DNA of 64,000 nt from Planctomycetota bacterium (GTDB lineage Bacteria; Planctomycetota; SZUA-567; H5-PLA8). The stretch's first letter is position 1. Each line of letters begins with the position of its first letter. Below, piece after piece: positions 56,805 to 64,000 of this stretch. The translations under genes were made by a program, and so were the position numbers. Location: NCBI GenBank assembly GCA_038227875.1, contig JBBRPR010000014.1, positions 1 through 64,000 of the forward strand, given 5' to 3'. Under the pieces are notes generated by a model. It made no database searches. It was not told the origin of the DNA and saw only the letters and a list, made by a program, of their open reading frames with translations.

Positions 56805-56985
56805 GTAGTCCGGGCGTCCCGCCCGGTCTAACCTCGGCATACAGCAGGGCAGGTGAATTCGTTCGATGAACTTCGCTATCTTGCGAAGCAACAGCCCGTT
56901 GCTTTCGCGGTAGAACGCGCGCCGTTTGAACGCGCATGTCTCCCGTCATTAGGTGCGATTAGACCGGGCGGGACGCCCGGACTAC
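56805..56985. repeat. REP doublet (REPIN/MITE-like), GTAG family
   Basis: Perfect 28-bp inverted repeat tgtagtccgggcgtcccgcccggtctaa. Confidence 0.9.
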
Positions 56986-57091
56986 AAAAGTCGGAGTATA
57001 CTCCACTGGCGCTTTTTGATAAACAAAACGTCCGCTCCGAATAAGACATTACTTTCGTCGGCGGTGTATCGAGTCCACTGGAGAACCCACT

Positions 57092-60000
57092 ATGCCGCGG
57101 CGATCCCACCTGTTAGCTCTCTGCGTCCCGCTCCTCGCTCTGGCTTCCGCACGCGCGCAGGACCAAGGCAACGCGCCGCTGCCCAACGGTGTCAGCGCCG
57201 TCTGGGATCTCGAAAAAGCCTTTCGCGAAAGCACGCCGACTCAAGAACGCGTCTGCCTCAACGGACTCTGGCTCTGGCAACCGGCCAAGCCGGAGAAAGA
57301 GGAAACCCCGCCCACTACCGCGTGGGGCTGGTTCAAAGTTCCCGGCCCGTGGCCCGGCGGCACCAGTTGGATCATGGCCAATTCGCAGACGCTCTACCCG
57401 CACCCCAGCTGGCAGGATAAATTCTGGGGAACAAACTCCGCGTGGTACCAACGCGATTTTTTCGTCCCGAAAGAATGGGCCGGCCGGCGCATTACCCTCA
57501 GCGCCGAGTACCTCAACTCCTTCGCCTCCGTCTTTGTCGATGGAAAACGCGCCGGTAAAATGCAGTTCCCCGGCGGCGAGGTCGACCTTACGCCGCTCTG
57601 CCAAGCGGCGGGCAAACACGTCCTCGCGCTGCGCGTCGTCGCCGCGCCGTTGCGCGAAATCGCGGTGCTCTTCAACGACACCAACACGGAGAACTCGATC
57701 AAGGCCTCCGTCGAACGCCGCGGTCTCTGCGGTGACGTCTTCCTCAACGCCGCGCCCGTCGCCGCGCGCATCGACGACGTGAAAATCGATACGTCCGTGC
57801 GCAAAGGCGAAATCACGCTCGACGCCGTGCTCCAGGATCTCCCCGCCGAAGGCCCGTACACGTTGCGCGCCGCGATCACCGACCACGGCAAGCCGGTCAA
57901 GGAATTCACCAGCGCTCCCTTTAAGAAGGGCGATCTGAAAAACGGACGCTTCGCGTTTTCCGAAAAGTGGAAGGCCGAGAAACTCTGGGACACGAATACG
58001 CCGCAAAATACGTATGACCTGCAACTCTCGCTCCTGGATTCCGGCGGCAAAGTCGTGGACACCGCTTTGCCCCGGCGCTTCGGCTTCCGTGAATTCTGGA
58101 TCGACGGCCGCGACTTTTATCTCAACGGCACGCGCATTTTCCTCTCGGTCGTGCCGACCGCGCTGGCCCAGGTCGCGACGCCCTTTGCCAGCTATGACAC
58201 CGCGCTCGAATCGTTCAAGCGCCTGCAAACCGCCGGGGTGAACTGCGTCTACACGCACAACTACGGCTGCGATCCCGGCGCGCACTTGAGTTTCACCGAA
58301 GTCCTCCGCGCCGCCGACGACGCCGGCATGCTCGTCTCGTTTACGCAGCCGCATTTTGGCCAGTACGACTGGTCCGCGCCCGACGCCGATCAGGCCAACG
58401 GCTACGCCCGCCACGCCGCGTTCTACGTCCGCGCCGCGCAGAATCATCCGGCCGTCGTGATGTATGCCATGAGCCACAACGCGACCGGCTACGTCGAGGA
58501 CTGCAATCCCGATCAGATCGGCAACGGCAAACCCGCGCCGCGCGAACAATGGGCGAGCAACAATGTCAAATCCGCGCTGCGCGCCGAGGCCATCGTCCAC
58601 GCGCTCGATCCGGGCCGCATCGTTTATCATCACTCGTCGGGCGATTTGAACGCGATCTACAACATTAATTTCTATCCCAACTTTGCGCCTGTCCAGGAAC
58701 TCTCCGACTGGTTCGAACCATGGGCGAAGAACGGCGTCAAGCCGGCCTTCCCCTGCGAATACGGCGCGCCGTGTACGTGGGATTTTTCGATGTACCGCGG
58801 CTGGTTCAAAGGCAAGCGGACCTTCGGCAACGCCAAAGTCCCCTGGGAATTCTGCCTCGCGGAATGGAAGTCGCAGTTCTACGGCGACAGCGCGTTTCAT
58901 CTGGAGGAAAACGAGAAGACGGTGCTCCGTTCCGAAACTAAATGGCTCGCGGAAGGCCGCGAAGGCTGGAACCGCTGGGATTATCCGCGCGAAAAACCGG
59001 TCGCCGATTTTCAAGACGTCGCCGCGCTCTACTTCATCGACAACTGCCGTGCGACCCGCACGTGGGGACTTTCCGCCTGCAATACCGCGTGGGAATTCGA
59101 GACCGCGTGGCTTCCCCGCGACGACGGCAAGCGCCCCCGCAAGGACCTGAAGACCGATTGGGAGCACCTCCAGCGTCCCGGCTTCAGCCCCGATTTCATC
59201 GAACTGGGCCGCACCGACTACGCCGCGCGGCGTTGGGACATGTCGCTCGACCGCGCCGATTGGACGCCCACCGCGCTCGGCGCGGCGATGCTGCGCAACA
59301 ACCAGCCGCTGCTCGGCTACATCGCCGGCAAGGCCGCGCATTTCACCAGCAAGGATCACAACTTTACGCCGGGAGAAAGCGTCGAAAAGCAACTGATCGT
59401 CCTGAACAATTCGCGCGTCACCGTTTCGTGCGAGTGCGAGTGGTCGCTGAATCTTCCCAAGCCGCTGAAGGGAAATCAGAAAGTCGAAGTCCCCACCGGC
59501 GACAAGCAAGCCGTTCCCATCCACATCGACCTTGGCGCGGACACACCGCCCGACATCTACGAACTCAGCGCGAGCTTCAAATTCAGCAACGGCCAAACCC
59601 AGACCGGCACGTTCGCGCTGCACGTTCTGCCCTCACCGCCGACGCTCAAAATCGCCGCGAAAATCGCGGTCTTCGATCCTAGCGGCGCGGCCGGCAAGTG
59701 GCTCAGCGCCATGGGCGTGACTGCCGAGAGCGTCAGTGCGACTGACGATCTCAGCGCTTACACCGTGCTCGTGGTCGGAAAATCCGCGCTGACCGTCGAG
59801 GGCGCCGCTCCGGACATCACCCGCGTCCGCGACGGCCTGCGCGTCGTCATCTTCGAGCAGACTTCCGCCGTCCTGGAACAGCGCTTCGGATTCCGCGTCG
59901 AAGAGTACGGGCTGCGCAAGGTCTTCCGGCGCGTCGGCAACAGCCCTGCGCTGGGTGACGTCTCCAACGGATATTTGCGCGACTGGCGCGGCGAGGCCAC

Positions 60001-61015
60001 GCTGCTGCCGCCGCGGCTGACCTACGCAACTTCCGGCGATAAATTCAACGGATCGCCGACGGTGAAGTGGGCGGGGATCGATGTCCAGCGGACGTGGCGC
60101 AGCGGCTGCCGCGGCAGCGTCGCGTCGGTCCTGATCGAAAAGCCCGCGTGCGGCGATTTTTTTCCGCTCGTCGACGGCGGCTTCAGCCTGCAATACAGCC
60201 CGCTGCTGGAATACCGCGAAGGGAAGGGGATGGTCCTCTTCTGCCAGCTTGACGTCAGCGGCCGCACCGAAAGCGATCCCGCCGCCGAAACCGTTGCGCG
60301 AAACATTCTTCAGTACGCCGCCGAGTGGAAACCCGCACCCGAGCGAACCGCCGTGTACGCCGGCGATCCCGCTGGACAGAAGCATCTCACCGCTGCTGGA
60401 TTCTCCTGCGCCGCGTTCGCCGCCGGAAAACTCGCGCCCAATTCGGTGCTCGTCGTCGGTCCCGGCGGCGGAAAAACTCTCGCCGCCAACGCCGCTGCCA
60501 TCGGCGACTGGCTCAAAGCCGGCGGTCACGTGCTGGCCATCGGTCTGGACGAAACCGACGCCAACGATTTCCTCCCGAATAAGGTAAGCATGAAGAAGGG
60601 TGAATACATCGGTGACGATTTCTCGCCTAGAAACATTCACTCCCCGCTGGCCGGCGTAGGACCTGCCGATATTCACGTCCGCGATGTTCGCGAGATTCCG
60701 CTGATAACCGGCGGCGCGAATGCGTTGGCCGGCGGCGTTCTCGCCACTGCCGAAAATGGGAGCGTCGTCTTCTCGCAACTCGTGCCGTGGAAGTACGAGT
60801 ACAAAATCCCGCAAGGCACCAAGCGGACCTTCCGCCGCACCGCGTTCCTGACCACGCGCCTGCTCGCCAACCTGGGCGTCGCCGCAACCACGCCGCTGCT
60901 CGCCCGCTTCCACGACCCCGTCCCCGCCGCCAAACCCGAAAAGCGCTGGCTGACCGGCCTATACCTGGACACGCCGGAAGAATGGGACGACCCCTACCGC
61001 GCGTTCGGGTGGTAG
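57092..61015 (+). CDS. Large secreted glycoside hydrolase family 2-like protein
   Basis: CLNGLW, SAWYQRDF, LWDTNTPQNTY, FGFREFWIDG..FYLNG, NHPAVVMY, PCEYG. Confidence 0.88.
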   Translation: MPRRSHLLALCVPLLALASARAQDQGNAPLPNGVSAVWDLEKAFRESTPTQERVCLNGLWLWQPAKPEKEETPPTTAWGWFKVPGPWPGGTSWIMANSQTLYPHPSWQDKFWGTNSAWYQRDFFVPKEWAGRRITLSAEYLNSFASVFVDGKRAGKMQFPGGEVDLTPLCQAAGKHVLALRVVAAPLREIAVLFNDTNTENSIKASVERRGLCGDVFLNAAPVAARIDDVKIDTSVRKGEITLDAVLQDLPAEGPYTLRAAITDHGKPVKEFTSAPFKKGDLKNGRFAFSEKWKAEKLWDTNTPQNTYDLQLSLLDSGGKVVDTALPRRFGFREFWIDGRDFYLNGTRIFLSVVPTALAQVATPFASYDTALESFKRLQTAGVNCVYTHNYGCDPGAHLSFTEVLRAADDAGMLVSFTQPHFGQYDWSAPDADQANGYARHAAFYVRAAQNHPAVVMYAMSHNATGYVEDCNPDQIGNGKPAPREQWASNNVKSALRAEAIVHALDPGRIVYHHSSGDLNAIYNINFYPNFAPVQELSDWFEPWAKNGVKPAFPCEYGAPCTWDFSMYRGWFKGKRTFGNAKVPWEFCLAEWKSQFYGDSAFHLEENEKTVLRSETKWLAEGREGWNRWDYPREKPVADFQDVAALYFIDNCRATRTWGLSACNTAWEFETAWLPRDDGKRPRKDLKTDWEHLQRPGFSPDFIELGRTDYAARRWDMSLDRADWTPTALGAAMLRNNQPLLGYIAGKAAHFTSKDHNFTPGESVEKQLIVLNNSRVTVSCECEWSLNLPKPLKGNQKVEVPTGDKQAVPIHIDLGADTPPDIYELSASFKFSNGQTQTGTFALHVLPSPPTLKIAAKIAVFDPSGAAGKWLSAMGVTAESVSATDDLSAYTVLVVGKSALTVEGAAPDITRVRDGLRVVIFEQTSAVLEQRFGFRVEEYGLRKVFRRVGNSPALGDVSNGYLRDWRGEATLLPPRLTYATSGDKFNGSPTVKWAGIDVQRTWRSGCRGSVASVLIEKPACGDFFPLVDGGFSLQYSPLLEYREGKGMVLFCQLDVSGRTESDPAAETVARNILQYAAEWKPAPERTAVYAGDPAGQKHLTAAGFSCAAFAAGKLAPNSVLVVGPGGGKTLAANAAAIGDWLKAGGHVLAIGLDETDANDFLPNKVSMKKGEYIGDDFSPRNIHSPLAGVGPADIHVRDVREIPLITGGANALAGGVLATAENGSVVFSQLVPWKYEYKIPQGTKRTFRRTAFLTTRLLANLGVAATTPLLARFHDPVPAAKPEKRWLTGLYLDTPEEWDDPYRAFGW

Positions 61016-61148
61016 AAAGTTCATCTGAACAATATCCAAAAAAACGTTCATTCAATCTGAATCCCAGCCATTTCCTCGCTGGCGCTGATCAGCGATAAGG
61101 GATATTCACATCTCCACCTGTCACCCGGCCCAAAGCCCGCGAGGTCTC

Positions 61149-63188
61149 ATGCCTTATTATCCGGTCAACACCCCTCTTCCTGAAGCCTGGCGCGGTATTC
61201 CCAAGCAGCATCCGCGGCTCTTCGGTTCGCTGGAACGACTCAAGCAACTGGCGCTCGCGCGGCCCGAGGCCTACCGCCGCACGCAGATCATCGCGCGCGA
61301 GAAGGGCGTCGACGACACGTCCGAGCCGGTGATGGAATCCCGCCTTGTCCACCGCGAGAACAAGCTCATCTCCATGGCGCTGGTCGCCGCGATTGATGGC
61401 GACGCGGCGCTCGCTCGGCGCACGGTGGACGTCTGCCTCGATTGGCACGTCGACCGCACGCCGCATCTCGGGCACACTGGCTGGGCCGGCGACATGGTCT
61501 CGTGCTCGCTGGTCTTCGATCTCTGTCACGAAGCGTGGACGCCGTCCGAACGGCTGCGCCTGTTCCGCTATTTCGGTGCGTGCCGCGATGCCAACATCAA
61601 CGAAGAGCCCTGTCCGTTTCACAACGGCTGGTACGCCATGCGCCACAACGGCTACGGCGCGGCGGGGCTGGCCACTATGCACGAATGGGAGCGCGCTCCG
61701 GCATTTCTGGCGGAAGTCGATCACGCGCTGAAAACGCTCGGCCATCCCGCGCTCGATTTCGCCGGCAACGGCGGCTGCTTCACCGAAGGCTTCTACACGC
61801 AGTACTGGATTGAAAGCTGGGTGATGTTCCTGGCGATGGTCCACCACGCTTCGGGTCTCGATCTGTTTGCCGCGTGTCCGTCGTTCTACAAAAATCGCGC
61901 CGTGGCCAGCATGTTCGAATGCTACCCGGGCCTGCAGGAACGCGGTTCGCGCCGGGGCGTCGCGTTTGGCGATGCCGGCGGCCGCTACTTCGGCCACCAG
62001 CGCGAACGCGACCGCAATCGCACCGCGCGCAACATCCTGATCAATCACTTCCGCGACGATGCCGATCACCAATCCGTCGCCAGTTTTCAGGACACCAGTC
62101 CCGGCTGCGGCGCCGATGAGAGCGCCTGGAAAGATTTCATGTTCGCCGACGCCACCGTGCCGCGCCGCGATCACAAAAAATTCAAGCTCTCCCACTTCGG
62201 CCGCGGAGCCGGCATGGTCCACGCGCGCAGTTCGTGGGAAGAAGATGCGACTTACTTCGCCTTCAAATGCGCGGGCCGTTTCTCCGGCCACGAACACCTC
62301 GACAACGGTCACTTCTACATCGTGAAGCACAAAGAGCTGGCCACGCGCAGCGGCCAGTACTACGAATTCGGCGGCGAACACGACGTCAACTTTCACTGCC
62401 GTTCGATCGCGCACAACACGATGCTGATCCACGACCCATCAGAAGTCTTTCCCTTCTTCTTAAAGGGCTACCCCGGCTGGCCGGCCAACGACGGCGGCCA
62501 GGCGTGGCCGTGGGTCGGCACGCCGTTCCGGCACAACGGCTGGGCCGAGAGCAAAGAGATGTGGCTTGAGCACCGTGAACTCGGCGACACCGGCCGCATG
62601 ACCGCGTACCACGACGCCGGGCCGTGGCTCTACACCGGCGGCGACCTGACGCGCGCGTACTCCGCGAAGAAACTCAAGGTGTTCACGCGGCAGATCGTCT
62701 TCATCCGACCGGGAACGTTCGTCGTCTTCGACCGCGTCGAATCGACCGATCCGTCGTTCAAAAAAACGTGGCTGCTCCACGCCGCGAAACCGCCGAGCGT
62801 AGCGAACGGCCGCCTGACCATCGCGCACGGACTCGGTCGCTTGACCGTCGACCCGCTGCTGCCGGCCAATCCGCTCGTCACGGTCAACACGGGTGAAGAC
62901 CAGTACACGTACGGCGGCCGCCGTTTCATTCCCGCGCGCAGCGTCGGACCGTGCGCGGAGTGCCGCATTGATATCTCCCCGCGCACACCGGCCACGTTCG
63001 ATTATTTCCTGAACGTGCTGACCGCCGACGACGCAAACACGCCAGCTCCGGCCGCGGCCACGGTGGTGGAACACTCCGATCGCGTCGAAGTCTCCGTCGC
63101 CGGCGCGGTGATCACATTTACCCGCGCTGCGTTTGGCGGCTCCATCAAGATCGGCGGAAAGGAAACCTCGCTGCCGGCCCTTTCGTAG
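61149..63188 (+). CDS. Heparinase II/III family polysaccharide lyase-like protein
   Basis: HPRL N-terminus, EGFY, ARSSW, GHEHLDNGHF, AHNTMLI, FVVFDRV. Confidence 0.85.
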   Translation: MPYYPVNTPLPEAWRGIPKQHPRLFGSLERLKQLALARPEAYRRTQIIAREKGVDDTSEPVMESRLVHRENKLISMALVAAIDGDAALARRTVDVCLDWHVDRTPHLGHTGWAGDMVSCSLVFDLCHEAWTPSERLRLFRYFGACRDANINEEPCPFHNGWYAMRHNGYGAAGLATMHEWERAPAFLAEVDHALKTLGHPALDFAGNGGCFTEGFYTQYWIESWVMFLAMVHHASGLDLFAACPSFYKNRAVASMFECYPGLQERGSRRGVAFGDAGGRYFGHQRERDRNRTARNILINHFRDDADHQSVASFQDTSPGCGADESAWKDFMFADATVPRRDHKKFKLSHFGRGAGMVHARSSWEEDATYFAFKCAGRFSGHEHLDNGHFYIVKHKELATRSGQYYEFGGEHDVNFHCRSIAHNTMLIHDPSEVFPFFLKGYPGWPANDGGQAWPWVGTPFRHNGWAESKEMWLEHRELGDTGRMTAYHDAGPWLYTGGDLTRAYSAKKLKVFTRQIVFIRPGTFVVFDRVESTDPSFKKTWLLHAAKPPSVANGRLTIAHGLGRLTVDPLLPANPLVTVNTGEDQYTYGGRRFIPARSVGPCAECRIDISPRTPATFDYFLNVLTADDANTPAPAAATVVEHSDRVEVSVAGAVITFTRAAFGGSIKIGGKETSLPALS

Positions 63189-63245
63189 TCCGGGCGGTTC
63201 GCCCGGTATCTCAAACCACGCAGTGAGACGGATTCGCCCCGACTC
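63185..63245. repeat. GTAG-REP copy overlapping a stop codon, with a degenerate inverted partner
   Basis: gtagtccgggcggttcgcccgg ... cggattcgccccgactc. Confidence 0.7.
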
Positions 63246-64000
63246 AAAAATCTCCGTTCCCCGCTTGCGGGGGACGGTTGCGAGCGGCGAACTTTTCCAG
63301 CGCGGTGATGATCTTCTCCCGCTCGGCCAGTCGGGTGCAGCTCAAGTATGGGCGCAGGGAACTCGCTGCGATGGGGGCCATCCAGTTTTTTGGAGCCTCG
63401 GTGAGAAATCCGATCAGGGCGTCGACGGCCCGGGTATTTCCGTGTCGCGACAAGGTCATCGCCGCGTTCCAGCGAGTGGAAAGATCGCCGTGGCTTAGCG
63501 CGTTTTCGACAGCGTCCAGCGACCGCGGCGTGCGCAGTGCCTCCAGCGCCTGCACCGCCAACTGGGTCTGCGCGGGATCGGTGCTTTTCATCATTTCAAG
63601 CAACATGCTTTCCGTGCGTTCGTCGCGAATTTCGCCCAGCGCCCGGACGAAGTAGTGCGTCGCGGTGGTGGTCTTCGCCAAACGCGAATAATTGTCCAGC
63701 ACGTAAGTTACCGCCTCGTCGGTGCGCACGGCGGCGAGCGTTTCGAACGCGCTCTGTCGCGCTGCCGAATCGGGTTGCGTGTCGATAAAGCGGATCAGAT
63801 CTTTTGCGGCATGGGGATGATCGCAATTTGCGAATGCCCAGGTTGCGTTCTCGGCTACTTTCGCGTCTTTGGAATTATTGAGCAGTTCCAACAAAGCCGC
63901 ATAAGCCAGATCGCGCGACGGTCCGCGCACAAAGGACAGCACGGTGGCGGCGTTGCACTTTTCGGCGCTGCTCCCCTTGTCCAGGATGCGCTGCAATTCC
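63244..64000 (-). CDS. HEAT-repeat protein (5' end outside window)
   Basis: RALGEIRDER, ALEALRTPRS, TLSRHGNTRAVDALI repeats. Confidence 0.8.
   Translation of the reverse strand, partial: ELQRILDKGSSAEKCNAATVLSFVRGPSRDLAYAALLELLNNSKDAKVAENATWAFANCDHPHAAKDLIRFIDTQPDSAARQSAFETLAAVRTDEAVTYVLDNYSRLAKTTTATHYFVRALGEIRDERTESMLLEMMKSTDPAQTQLAVQALEALRTPRSLDAVENALSHGDLSTRWNAAMTLSRHGNTRAVDALIGFLTEAPKNWMAPIAASSLRPYLSCTRLAEREKIITALEKFAARNRPPQAGNGDF

Noticed and set aside
57113..59623. 836-aa minus-strand ORF (likewise 35285-36922, 46273-47706, 51060-52472, 61089-62432)
   Set aside because: Antisense to well-supported genes; explained by codon bias.

Overview
GC-rich bacterial chromosome segment. The gene content (many sulfatase-like, Gfo/Idh/MocA, DUF4838, HEAT and PKD proteins, plus an RFSLR-type membrane protein) suggests a Planctomycetota/PVC organism; that placement is inference. 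Bases 1-~3200 are an AT-richer debris field: an Rhs core end (YCGGDPVNATDPMG) with a broken tip, a frameshifted tyrosine recombinase, three small hypotheticals, a primase/P-loop fragment and a GIY-YIG fragment. The rest is mostly carbohydrate-catabolic operons and housekeeping genes (rimO, msrPQ, gluQ, rsgA, gmhB, FKBP, desaturase), an ECF sigma/anti-sigma pair and secreted proteins. The most unusual feature is a co-oriented cluster (33845-40537) of three full-length enzyme homologues (E1-beta, galactokinase-like, GlcD/GlcF-like) that have each lost canonical catalytic residues, surrounding an intact GmhB. The window also carries several families of 170-190 bp inverted-repeat elements (GTAG-REP doublets, heptamer-ended elements) whose copies share internal sequence, two Thr-nucleophile sulfatase-like enzymes, and a GH2-like protein lacking the acid/base Glu. 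No tRNA, rRNA or CRISPR array was seen. All family calls come from motif recognition by eye; no database searches were run.
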